NCBI GenBank assembly: GCA_037441675.1 | Contig: JBBIRS010000002.1 | Span: forward strand, 1 to 64,000 | Length of the DNA: 64,000 bases | Source of the DNA: Planctomycetales bacterium | GTDB taxonomy: Bacteria > 4484-113 | Direction of reading: 5' to 3' | Shown: positions 10,964 to 20,659 of the stretch, in pieces | Layout of the letters: each line of letters begins with the position of its first letter | How positions within the stretch are numbered: position 1 is the first letter of the stretch | Notes under the pieces: model-generated | What the model saw: only the letters and a program-made list of their open reading frames with translations | Told to the model about the DNA's origin: nothing | The model's database searches: none | Position numbers and translations under genes: made by a program

Positions 10964-12061
10964 ATGATTACCATAGAAGCAATTCTAACCAAACTACCCG
11001 AGGCTGAGAAAAGGTACAGCGAACTTGCGCGAGCGCTCTCGGATCCGCTTCTCCCACAGGACAAAGAGAAATTCATAGAACTTTCTAAAGAATTCGGTAG
11101 AATATCTGAACTTCTTGAACTTTACAACCAACTAAGTAAATTAGACGGAAAGATTGAGCAATTAAGACAGGAAAGAGAAGAACTTGAAGAGAAGGAACTA
11201 ATAGAAATAGCGGATCTGGAGATAGAAGAATATGAGAGAAAGCGAGAAAAGTTAGTAAATAGACTTCTTCAGATGATGTTTCCAGCTGATCCAAACGACG
11301 AGAAGGACGTTATACTTGAAGTCCGAGCGGGTGCAGGCGGTCAGGAAGCTGCGCTATTCGCTTCAGAGCTGGTCAGAATGTACACCCGCTTTGCAGAAAA
11401 AATGAAATGGAGAGTTGAAACAATTTCGATTAATAATCTAGGAACTGGTGGAGTTAAAGAAGCCATTCTTTCTATAAAAGGAAAGAACGTTTATTTCTGG
11501 CTTAAGTATGAAAGCGGAGTGCATAGGGTTCAAAGAATTCCCATTACAGAAAGTGGGGGACGAATTCATACCAGCACCGTTACCGTGGCTGTTCTACCGG
11601 AAGCAGAAGAAGTTGAAGTTAACATTGACGAGAAGGATTTGAGAATAGACACATTTAGGGCTAGTAGCGCGGGAGGACAACACGTGAATAAAACTAGCTC
11701 CGCGGTCAGGATAACCCACATTCCCACTGGTATTGTTGTTTCTTGCCAGGATGAACGAAGCCAATTCCAGAATAAGGAAAAGGCAATGAGAGTGCTGAGG
11801 GCGCATCTATTGCGGATGGAACGTGAAAAGGCACACGCAGAAATTGACGCAACTAGAAAGAAGCAAATCGGTACAGGCGAAAGAAGTGAGAAAGTTAGAA
11901 CTTACAATTTTCCACAGGACCGAATCACTGACCATAGAATTAACAGGAACTTCCATAATATTCCTGAGTTTCTAAATGGCGAGATTGTAGAATTGATAGA
12001 AACTTTGAGGGCGAGTGAAGCTGAGGAAAGACTTAGTAGAATGGAGAAGGGAGAGATATAA
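10964..12061 (+). CDS. prfA: Peptide chain release factor 1
   Basis: PxT motif (RIPITE), GGQ motif, [14 protein letters not shown]; followed by prmC. Confidence 0.97.
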   Translation: MITIEAILTKLPEAEKRYSELARALSDPLLPQDKEKFIELSKEFGRISELLELYNQLSKLDGKIEQLRQEREELEEKELIEIADLEIEEYERKREKLVNRLLQMMFPADPNDEKDVILEVRAGAGGQEAALFASELVRMYTRFAEKMKWRVETISINNLGTGGVKEAILSIKGKNVYFWLKYESGVHRVQRIPITESGGRIHTSTVTVAVLPEAEEVEVNIDEKDLRIDTFRASSAGGQHVNKTSSAVRITHIPTGIVVSCQDERSQFQNKEKAMRVLRAHLLRMEREKAHAEIDATRKKQIGTGERSEKVRTYNFPQDRITDHRINRNFHNIPEFLNGEIVELIETLRASEAEERLSRMEKGEI

Positions 12062-12092
12062 CTACTCAGATTGAAAGTATAAAATTCCAAAT

Positions 12093-12995
12093 ATGGATGC
12101 GAAGATAGTAAGCTTGTCCTCCATGCCGTTAAAACTCGGGGAAATTTACACTTTTCTGATGGAAGAACTTAATCGTTGTTCAAGATTTGAAAACGTTGAA
12201 GAAGCGGTATCAATAATTCTTGAAGTGATAACGGGGTTAAAGACCTTGGATGTCATTCTAAATAAAGAGCGTCTCGTCGGAGAAGCAGAGAGGATACGAA
12301 TTTTTGAAGTTCTTCAAACCATCAAGGGCGGAGAACCACTCGCGTATGCGCTTGGTGAATGGTTTTTCGCAGGTAGGTTGTTTTATGTTAATAAGCACGT
12401 GTTAATTCCTAGACCTGAAACCGAGGCTCTTTTGTTGATAGCTTCTGAATATTTAAGACAGATGATTCAGGACGAAGTTTCCACTAAATTACGCGTTCTA
12501 GAATTAGGTGTTGGTAGTGGAGCGCTTATAATTTCTCTTGCCCTGGAATTTCCTTCATCTATAACCTATGGAACTGATATTTCTATTGAGGCGATTCAAG
12601 TTGCTAGGAGAAACAAAAAGCGATATAACGTCAATACCAGGCTCTACCGAGGTGATTTGTTTTTCCCCTTTGAGCGTTCAATGAGATTTCATCTAATAGT
12701 TTCTAATCCGCCTTACGTGGAGGATGCTAGCGCTTTGGACAAAGATGTATTAAAGTACGAACCGTTGAGAGCCCTGCTTGTTCCTCAGGGAAAAAGGGGA
12801 ACGTATTACCATAACTTAATTGCAGAGGAAGCTCGCCATTGGCTCTATCCAGGTGGAGCTCTTGCGATGGAGGTTGGATTTTCTCAGGCGGAAGACGTGA
12901 GAAACATTCTTTCCACTTTTAGATATGAGAACATAATAATCACTAAAGATACTAGCGGAATTGATAGAGTAGTATCAGGTAAATGGCTAGGCTGA
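12093..12995 (+). CDS. prmC: Release factor glutamine methyltransferase
   Basis: VLIPRPETE, ELGVGSG, SNPPY; directly after prfA. Confidence 0.95.
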   Translation: MDAKIVSLSSMPLKLGEIYTFLMEELNRCSRFENVEEAVSIILEVITGLKTLDVILNKERLVGEAERIRIFEVLQTIKGGEPLAYALGEWFFAGRLFYVNKHVLIPRPETEALLLIASEYLRQMIQDEVSTKLRVLELGVGSGALIISLALEFPSSITYGTDISIEAIQVARRNKKRYNVNTRLYRGDLFFPFERSMRFHLIVSNPPYVEDASALDKDVLKYEPLRALLVPQGKRGTYYHNLIAEEARHWLYPGGALAMEVGFSQAEDVRNILSTFRYENIIITKDTSGIDRVVSGKWLG

Positions 12996-13648
12996 TAAAA
13001 CTTTCTAACTCTTATAATCCTACGGATGAGGATGTAAAAATAGTAGGGGAATGTGCGTGTCTGGCTAGGCAGGGCAAACTCTTCATATTTCCCACTGAAA
13101 CTGTTTATGGAATTATGACAGGTGGTGAAGTCATAGGCGCTAAAGAAAAGATAAATCTAACGAAAAGACGAGATGTAGATACTCCTGTTGCTTTTCTTGT
13201 TAACTTAACTAAGAAGGTGAGGGATTTAATAGAAGCATTATCGAACACACATCAGATTCCGTTATTTAAGTTAATGCCTGGGCCTATTACGTTGGTTCTA
13301 GAAAGGCAAATAGTTAACTCTTTCGTTCCAGCCAAGATTATGAAGACGAATGATGAGTTGATTGGAATAAGAATCCCAGATTATCCTGTGTTAAACCTAT
13401 TGATTAAGAAAGCTGGAGGTTATCTCCTCGCTAGTAGCGCAAATATCACCGGAAGAGCTGAACCGAAAAATGTTGCTGATTGTAGTCAAGAGCTTTGGAG
13501 TAATTCAGAAATAGAATTAGTGGTTGATGCGGGAGAAACTGCTGGCGAACCGTCCGCCATTCTTAAGATTTCCCTGAAAGGCTTGAGAGTACTTAGAAAA
13601 CACCCAAGGCTCTCTGAAATCCTACCTGAAAACCATCAAATCTTTTGA
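12983..13648 (+). CDS. tsaC: Threonylcarbamoyl-AMP synthase (YrdC domain only)
   Basis: FPTETVYG, PGPITLV, GIRIPD, SSANITG. Confidence 0.88.
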   Translation: MARLIKLSNSYNPTDEDVKIVGECACLARQGKLFIFPTETVYGIMTGGEVIGAKEKINLTKRRDVDTPVAFLVNLTKKVRDLIEALSNTHQIPLFKLMPGPITLVLERQIVNSFVPAKIMKTNDELIGIRIPDYPVLNLLIKKAGGYLLASSANITGRAEPKNVADCSQELWSNSEIELVVDAGETAGEPSAILKISLKGLRVLRKHPRLSEILPENHQIF

Positions 13649-13723
13649 GCATCTGGCGTTTGGTTAATTTTGCGCCATATCTATATGACACCTCTCCCTA
13701 AAAGCAATCAGCAATGGAAGTAG

Positions 13724-13761
13724 AAAAAAAGGGGGCGCCCCATTCCTCTTGGGGCACCCCC
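13724..13761 (-). terminator. Intrinsic terminator of the cohesin/dockerin lipoprotein operon
   Basis: On the minus strand, GGGGGTGCCCCA-loop-TGGGGCGCCCCC followed by T7, 25 nt past the stop codon. Confidence 0.85.
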
Positions 13762-13785
13762 TTAAGGCTATTTACAAGAAACGCA

Positions 13786-16700
13786 TTACGGCTCTATACG
13801 AACTTGAATTGGGGTAAGGCTGACCGGGTCTAAGTATCTCTCAGAAACTTCGTTGTTCCACGGGTCACGCCAGTATATCTCGTAGAAGAACGGAGCAGGA
13901 ATATCGCTCACACCCAAATCACGATAGGTCTGAGGATCGCTAACATCAATCGCAACAATGGCAGGCTTGTTGTAATCACCGGGGTCAATAAGTCTTGGTA
14001 AAACCTGAAGGTTCTCGATAGTACCACCAAGGGTTCTTTCAAGCTCTAACAGATGCGAACGGAAACGTGCATCAGGTGTATTATCGTCAACCCTCTTGTG
14101 CCTATACCAGAGCCCACGCACTTCTAGGAAGAGAAGGTCTCGGTCGCTCTTATCAGCGGTAAGGTCGCTCCAATCGGGATTTGCCAAAGTTCCATCAGCA
14201 CCCCAAATATTTACACCAACTCTTCCGTAAATGGTTTGACTCGGATTGTTCGGATCTGGCCAGTTAGTAGCTGGTGTAACCCTTCCAGGATTGACCTTCG
14301 TGAACTTCTTGACAACCTGTCCAATTTGTGTGGTCTCATCCTGAGCAAAGAGTGCCAACGTAACAGGACCATCTGCAACTAGAGCTTCATCTATTGCTGT
14401 CATATCGTACTGAAGCATATTGGGATTTAGGCCTGTGTATGGGAACTGAACAATAGGCTGGGAAAGAATACCATCCGCATCAGCTACAGTTGGAATATCA
14501 GTGTCTCCAATCTTGTAAACAAGAATTGGGGCATCTAATATTCCCTGCATAGGATTACCGAATTGGACAATGAATTCGCCTGGGTCTCCACCGGTTCTAC
14601 GTATTATCGCGTAACGCTCCGCATTAAGTGGTTCCCACGTGGGCAGATCAGGCGGAACCGCGGGAACAATTTGTCCTTCAGGATTGACCCTAACCTTCGG
14701 ATCCTCCGGCAAGATGTAGATTAGCTGACGCCCATCCGAACCTGCATAAATGCCTGGAGCTTGTGGGTCGGATGGGTCTCCACCTACTGGGTAGGTGCTG
14801 AATGGCGTTGGACGTGGTTGAACGAAAGTGTAGAACATTGTTTCACCAGTAGCTCGGTCAAACGGCTTATCTAGTGAAGAACGGATATTACCATTGTTGT
14901 CTATTATGCGCCAATAGAACCGGCCACTGGTGCCTGGGATACTGGAATAAACTGGCATTTTCACAGTTAAAATCATCGTCGGGCGGAATGGATTAAGTGG
15001 GTCTTCGTCTGGGTCATTTGGCTCTCCGGGATTTGCCTCATCAGGACGTTGCGCTGCTTCGTTAAAGTATCTAAAGTAACCTACAGCAGAAGGTTCTCCT
15101 CCCTGATCTGGATTTACCGGGTCAAGTTCCCAACCAAGACCGTCTGAGGGGTCATCATCTGGGTCAAGGTAAATTGGATTCGCTGGGTCATCTATGTTCA
15201 CCAATTGAACTAGTGCGGGCGTCGCTACAAACCTTGATGGGTCTGACCAGTCATCTTCTCCGAAGTCAACTGCAATAGTGACTGTTGGTCCAGGTCTGTT
15301 GAACTCTTGCTCCATGGGGGCAAAGTTCCAGATCTCTGGAGCATTAGGATCTTCAGCAAGGCTCAAGTTAACCGCGGTGTTGAAGGTGCGCTGATTGCCA
15401 CCGGTGTACCGGTTGTCTGGATCCAACAGTGTGGTTACGTTGATAACTCTTGGGGTCTGTCCAGGCGCATAGGCGTCAACATCATTTGGTCCGATCTGAC
15501 CAGTGAACTCGGTCGCTGGCTGTGTCGCTGACGGTAGGAACCACTCCCAAAGCGTTGCGCCCGCGGCATCTGTCGGAGTCACGGTAACACTTGTTGGAAT
15601 AAGCCCTGCAAAGTGGTCAAAGATTGCGGCGTATTCAGCATCAAAACCAGTAGGAGCAAGCGCTATTACGGGCTCTTCACCGGGTATTGAAACACCATAA
15701 TACTGACCATCCCCAGGAGGTAGCCACTGGTAATGTACTCCAACAAGTCTCACAGTAATGGTGGAATTCGCGGTTACGGTGCCGTCGCTACTACCGGTAG
15801 CTTTGCTGTAGTAATAGCTGAATGTATTCGGATCACCCGGATCAACTGGGTCGTTATTCGATGTATTCTCAATCTGAATCATAACAGCGTCAACACTAAC
15901 GTTGAATGCCGCCCCTCCAGTAAGATCAACCTGGACCCAATCTGAGGCATTCGCCTCAATGGAATTACCGCCAGCATCCCGGTAATTAATACGCACAAGG
16001 ATGACTTGACCATTATAGTTGCCCTCAAGGCTCTTGGAGAACGAAAGAAAACCAGTGTTGGCGGGACCGGTATTGGCTGAGTATTCAATTAAGCCACCAT
16101 CATCAGTAGGAGGTCCGTCTGGTTCGCCATTGCGGTCAGCATCAGCAGCAGTCTGAATAAAGAAGCCAGATACCCTCGTCAAAAATTTCAACGCCAATGG
16201 CTGAACCTCGCGAATATCAACGGTACCATCATCGTTATAATCAGCGTAGTCCGCTCCAATGTCCTCAGGGTTAGTACCGGGATCCTTGAAAAACTCCCGA
16301 GCGATGGGTCCCACGTCACGTATATCAATAACCGCGTCTTGGGTTCCATCACCTCGGAAGAAGCTTGTCGTCCAGCTAAAGGTAGTAGGAGCTCCAACCG
16401 GGTCGGGGCGCGTGAAATCTTCAACCGGAACAAGCTGGTCAATGCCCGATACGCTCTTCTTGTTGAATGGAGAATTTTCAAAGTAAACTTTCGCAATTTC
16501 ACCAGAGCCAGAAACGCCTTCCGCATCGTCAGGATGTATTAGCACAGATGCTAGAGAAACTACCGAAGGCGTGCTGACGTCCGCGAAATTTAGTAGTTCT
16601 TCCTCTGAACCCATAAAACCTGTGAATTCAACCTTGATGGGATTGTGATACTTCGGGTCGTAGCGAAGTTCATACATAAACGAGGTTAAGTTGGCAACCT

Positions 16701-16971
16701 CGTTGGCAGAGATGGTGACAACTGTTTGGGAACCTGTGTCCTCCTTGGAGATGGAAACCTGCTTTGACATCGTAGGCGGAATGGAACTATTGTCACTCAC
16801 GAACGTTCCCTCAAAATTGCCCTCGCCTTGGGGATAATCAGAGATTAGGCTTCCACCACTGCTAGGGGTAGGGGTTGAAACAAAACTGTTTCCACCACCA
16901 CATCCCAGCAAGAATAACGTGAACACTAGGAGAAGCCCAATCCCGCTCATGAAAGATGATACCTTTCTCAT
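13786..16971 (-). CDS. Large acidic lipoprotein with cohesin-like and dockerin-like modules
   Basis: Lipobox LLGC (Cys24). Cohesin-like aa ~70-166 (YELRYDP...GVSGSGEIAKVYF). Dockerin-like duplicated Ca2+ loops aa 207-263 (GDGTQDAVIDIRD...DYNDDGTVDIRE). SD AAGGAGAGG. Confidence 0.75.
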   Translation of the reverse strand: MRKVSSFMSGIGLLLVFTLFLLGCGGGNSFVSTPTPSSGGSLISDYPQGEGNFEGTFVSDNSSIPPTMSKQVSISKEDTGSQTVVTISANEVANLTSFMYELRYDPKYHNPIKVEFTGFMGSEEELLNFADVSTPSVVSLASVLIHPDDAEGVSGSGEIAKVYFENSPFNKKSVSGIDQLVPVEDFTRPDPVGAPTTFSWTTSFFRGDGTQDAVIDIRDVGPIAREFFKDPGTNPEDIGADYADYNDDGTVDIREVQPLALKFLTRVSGFFIQTAADADRNGEPDGPPTDDGGLIEYSANTGPANTGFLSFSKSLEGNYNGQVILVRINYRDAGGNSIEANASDWVQVDLTGGAAFNVSVDAVMIQIENTSNNDPVDPGDPNTFSYYYSKATGSSDGTVTANSTITVRLVGVHYQWLPPGDGQYYGVSIPGEEPVIALAPTGFDAEYAAIFDHFAGLIPTSVTVTPTDAAGATLWEWFLPSATQPATEFTGQIGPNDVDAYAPGQTPRVINVTTLLDPDNRYTGGNQRTFNTAVNLSLAEDPNAPEIWNFAPMEQEFNRPGPTVTIAVDFGEDDWSDPSRFVATPALVQLVNIDDPANPIYLDPDDDPSDGLGWELDPVNPDQGGEPSAVGYFRYFNEAAQRPDEANPGEPNDPDEDPLNPFRPTMILTVKMPVYSSIPGTSGRFYWRIIDNNGNIRSSLDKPFDRATGETMFYTFVQPRPTPFSTYPVGGDPSDPQAPGIYAGSDGRQLIYILPEDPKVRVNPEGQIVPAVPPDLPTWEPLNAERYAIIRRTGGDPGEFIVQFGNPMQGILDAPILVYKIGDTDIPTVADADGILSQPIVQFPYTGLNPNMLQYDMTAIDEALVADGPVTLALFAQDETTQIGQVVKKFTKVNPGRVTPATNWPDPNNPSQTIYGRVGVNIWGADGTLANPDWSDLTADKSDRDLLFLEVRGLWYRHKRVDDNTPDARFRSHLLELERTLGGTIENLQVLPRLIDPGDYNKPAIVAIDVSDPQTYRDLGVSDIPAPFFYEIYWRDPWNNEVSERYLDPVSLTPIQVRIEP

Positions 16972-17149
16972 AATTACCCTCTCCTTTTATAATGGCGTCA
17001 CACTTCTACCAACATTATGAGACATCTCAACACTACTAGGGATAACTCCCTAGCCCCAACACTTTGTGTCTCTAGCGTGGAGCCCGCTAAAGCATTCATG
17101 CTCTAAACGGACTCCACGCTTTTATAGCCTTAGGTTTCAAACTATTCAA

Positions 17150-18424
17150 CTAAGAAACGTTTATGGTTACAACCTGCTGGTCGTCAAAGAGAAATACACT
17201 GGCGCCGTGGCTGTACTGTGTAACAGGGGTTGCGGAGTTATCCCTGTTCTGAATGAATCTAACGGTTGCAGTACCTGCGGAAGCTGCAGTGAACTTGAAG
17301 CTGAAGAGCGCACCAGAACTACCAGGAGGCGCCGGGGTAATAGGTGTAGTCTCGCTTGCGGCATAAGTGGCAATAGCAAACTCAAAGTACTTCATTCCTG
17401 GGAAGTCCTGACCATCAACAGTGTAATCAACATCGTAGGGGCCGAACAGGTCTTCCGCTGTTGGACCTGGTAGGAAGCCTCCGATGCCTCCAACCTCAGT
17501 CCAAATACCATCTAGAGCCCAGTCTTGCCCGTTGGGTTCACCCACTTCAAAGGATGCAGTGGCTGGACCAAGCCCATCCGGGTCACCTACGTAATTAAGA
17601 ATATCTCCGGTGAATTGAATGTGAACGGGGACAATCGCGCTTAACTCATTTGCTATATTGTAGGCGTAAACGGTTACAGTAATTTCATCACCCACATTGG
17701 CGGAAACAGTGGTATTGTAACCATCAAATGTAGTCGGCTTATCAAAGATCATCCAAATCGCGTTGTCGGGAATGGGAATACTAATTGAACCAGAAACGTC
17801 CGCAGTGGCAGTGCCACCTTTGCCGTCTGATACTGTCACTCTAACGGTGAAGTCAGTGCTCAGAGCGGAGGTGGTTACACTGGCGGTCGATCCATCCCCA
17901 ATTAGCGTTACGGTTACATTACCGCTAATAACCTCGTATGAATAGGTCAGCGGGTCACCGTCTGGATCTGAAGCCACCACTGTGATAAGTCCATCAGCGA
18001 AGGTTGCGCTTTCTATCACTGGACTTTGGTTCAACCTTCTACCGACAACGTAAGTAAATGTAGCCGTACGTGAACCAAACTGGTCGGTGGCGGTGACACT
18101 ACCGTTATAGGATCTGTCCTCGGTAAGTGAAGTGTTAACCAGTCTTGTGGGAACACTGATAGTTCCACCACCGGAACCTGAAGCTCCATCAGTAGGAACA
18201 GCCCCGCCACCAAAGTCCCAGCTCCAGCTTATGCTTCCGCTACCGGTAATTGTTGCGGTAAAAGTGAATGCATCTCCATCATGGTTATCTGCAGTAGGCA
18301 AAGCACCTAAAGTGATGGAGGGACCAAGCTGAATAGTACCTGGGGGCGGAAGTTTGTCCCCACAGGCTGAAGCGAGAAAGGCGGCCACAGTTAAGAATGT
18401 GATAAATACAAAAAACCTTTTCAC
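17150..18424 (-). CDS. Lipoprotein with PKD, Ig-like and C-terminal cohesin-like domains
   Basis: GTG start at 18424 after AAGGAGG; lipobox LASAC; PKD motif WSWDFG; Ig-like ASDPDGDPLTYSY...VSDGKGG; cohesin-like VGDEITVTVY...GSSGALFSFKFTA. Confidence 0.72.
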   Translation of the reverse strand: MKRFFVFITFLTVAAFLASACGDKLPPPGTIQLGPSITLGALPTADNHDGDAFTFTATITGSGSISWSWDFGGGAVPTDGASGSGGGTISVPTRLVNTSLTEDRSYNGSVTATDQFGSRTATFTYVVGRRLNQSPVIESATFADGLITVVASDPDGDPLTYSYEVISGNVTVTLIGDGSTASVTTSALSTDFTVRVTVSDGKGGTATADVSGSISIPIPDNAIWMIFDKPTTFDGYNTTVSANVGDEITVTVYAYNIANELSAIVPVHIQFTGDILNYVGDPDGLGPATASFEVGEPNGQDWALDGIWTEVGGIGGFLPGPTAEDLFGPYDVDYTVDGQDFPGMKYFEFAIATYAASETTPITPAPPGSSGALFSFKFTAASAGTATVRFIQNRDNSATPVTQYSHGASVFLFDDQQVVTINVS

Positions 18425-18658
18425 AGCTTCCTCCTTCAACAATTTTGGATTTTTAGAAAAAAACACTAATTAGCTTATATTATAATACAAGTCAATAGTA
18501 GTTGGCAACATTGGTTGCTCAACAAATTCTACCTAATATTTCCCTTCCTCCACATCCCTCCTTTTATTCATATCACACTAATAATTTAGAGCAGCGTAAA
18601 TTATACCATATCGTGCTTTTTGCAATACTCGCCAGCAAAAGTTTCTCACTAGAACGCA

Positions 18659-20659
18659 TTAACTTTTCTCATTATACGATTGATGAGCAATTTTTCTTAG
18701 AATATCAAGGTGCTCTCTCAAGTAAAAAGGATACAACCTTTTTCTAAAGTCTTCAACTGATACCCTTGGACTAAGAAAGTCAGCTCCTGGAAGACTTGAT
18801 GTTCTGTATTCGTAGGTGAATAGTGGTGCAATAGTAAACCGAGATCGGGAATAAGATTTATCATTGTAACCGAGAAGGGGAATAGTATATCTAAAGCCCG
18901 CCTCAGTTGATGTTGCATCAGTATTATATGCAAACAAAACTATTTCATGCTTGCCAAGGTATCTTTTGGTTTCAACGAGCCATCCCTCATCTCCACGGAA
19001 AAATCTGCCCGTGTAACCCCTGACACTCAAATCATACGCCGGATGCCGCCAAGTCGCAGATAAGAGCAACTCCTTTTCATTAAGATCAAAAAATTTATCC
19101 TTTGCAACCCCGCCTTCAATTCCAATATCATAGGAGTAGGTGTTACCTTGAATGAATTGACGAAGTTCAGACTTAGCACCATAGATATGCTCTCCAAAGT
19201 ATCCACCACTTAAAAGGAAATGACGAGAATTTCCACTAACCTTATAAAGGTTCAGCGTTTCATTGCGCAAAAATAAAGTGTCTTTGTTATCAAGATTATT
19301 CACAAGAGGAAACTCAACGCTACCTGTCAAATTCAATCCTTTACCAAGAGAAATGTCATGGTTGACCGCAAAGCCGGTTCTATGCTTGACAGGCTCAAAA
19401 AACTCACCCAGCCTTAACTTGTTTGCCGGCGCAAAGAATACATCAACTGTGCCCTTTGATGAATTGATGAGGGAAGTTTCAAGTTCATACGGATAGTTGG
19501 GAGGTTCATAATCAGAAATTTTCACAGCTCTCGCAAGCTCGTCAACCTCTATGTTTCCGTTAATATATTTGAGGATGTCATCGCGTTTGCATCTCGTTTC
19601 AAGAATTAGTTCACCCTCCCGCCTTGAGACGATACGTAATTCGGATTTGTCCTTAGGAGCGTAAATTGATGCAAAGAGTAGCATACTTGCCCAAGCCTCT
19701 TCCTCTAATCTGAATAAGCGATTCTCGTACTTTATGGCGAGCTCGTCCTCTCTAGCTTTTACTTCTATATTTTCATAACCAAGCTTAGCCAGTTCTCTCG
19801 CTATTTTATCAAGCGCGTTTTGATCAGTAACCTCTGAAATCGGATTAGGCTCTATTCTTTCAGCTACAGGTGCCTGTTTACCCTTTGGAGGCACTAAGTC
19901 CTTAACATAGGAAAAGCCAAAACCAACATCATCATTCACCCTTCCAATTACAAGATTCAAATGGTTATCTGGAGTTAGTCGCAATCCAAAATTATTATCA
20001 ACTCTATCATTTTCATAGAGTAACGCAATCTTGTTTGATAGCTTAAATTCTGCACCCCCAAAAACTCCAGAAAGTCTTTTGCTTCCAAAACCTAGCGAAA
20101 CCTTCAAAGGACCCAAAGTTTTAGAACCCACGAAGTACGCCGCGGATTCAATTCGCGCCTTTCCACCTACATCATACGCACCCACCGCTAGCGATACTTT
20201 ATGACAGGATTCACATACGAACTGATATTTGATATTCACCGAGCGATCTTTACGGGTACCAAAGCCTGGAACTACCTGCTCCTCAATTCTTGGAAATTCT
20301 ATGTAACGGGCACAGACTTCCAAGCCTGGCAAGTAACCAATACCAGCGAAGTAGTTCCTCTGTCTGTTACCGGCGAATCTATCCCTGTTTTCATTTTGAC
20401 CAAATCCGAAGAACACTTCTCCATCTTCAGCAGATTCAGCGCTTGGAATGTTCAGGATACCGGTAACACCCTCTAGATTAGGCGAAGCAATAGCTCGGTC
20501 TTTTGTAGAAAAAGTGTTAGAAAAAAAGAATGAGATCAAAACCAACAACAAAAGAATAAGAGGGCCGGGGTGTAAGAAATTCCTCACGGCAGAAATCATA
20601 AAGCAAAAACTACCGTTTGGCAAATTTACTAAACATCTTCGCAACTTAAGGATGAACAC
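18659..20659 (-). CDS. YjbH-family outer-membrane protein (exopolysaccharide-associated)
   Basis: GVTGILNIPSA N-terminal motif, KDRSVNIKYQ, VFGGAEF, GRFFRGDEG. The true start may be ATG 20599. Confidence 0.75.
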   Translation of the reverse strand: MFILKLRRCLVNLPNGSFCFMISAVRNFLHPGPLILLLLVLISFFFSNTFSTKDRAIASPNLEGVTGILNIPSAESAEDGEVFFGFGQNENRDRFAGNRQRNYFAGIGYLPGLEVCARYIEFPRIEEQVVPGFGTRKDRSVNIKYQFVCESCHKVSLAVGAYDVGGKARIESAAYFVGSKTLGPLKVSLGFGSKRLSGVFGGAEFKLSNKIALLYENDRVDNNFGLRLTPDNHLNLVIGRVNDDVGFGFSYVKDLVPPKGKQAPVAERIEPNPISEVTDQNALDKIARELAKLGYENIEVKAREDELAIKYENRLFRLEEEAWASMLLFASIYAPKDKSELRIVSRREGELILETRCKRDDILKYINGNIEVDELARAVKISDYEPPNYPYELETSLINSSKGTVDVFFAPANKLRLGEFFEPVKHRTGFAVNHDISLGKGLNLTGSVEFPLVNNLDNKDTLFLRNETLNLYKVSGNSRHFLLSGGYFGEHIYGAKSELRQFIQGNTYSYDIGIEGGVAKDKFFDLNEKELLLSATWRHPAYDLSVRGYTGRFFRGDEGWLVETKRYLGKHEIVLFAYNTDATSTEAGFRYTIPLLGYNDKSYSRSRFTIAPLFTYEYRTSSLPGADFLSPRVSVEDFRKRLYPFYLREHLDILRKIAHQSYNEKS

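Noticed and set aside
11655..11690. RF1 reads ASSAGGQ rather than the usual ASGAGGQ
   Set aside because: Single substitution with GGQ and PxT intact; no supportable functional claim.
13786..18424. A true cellulosome
   Set aside because: No multi-cohesin scaffoldin, CBM3 or dockerin-bearing glycoside hydrolase is visible in this window.
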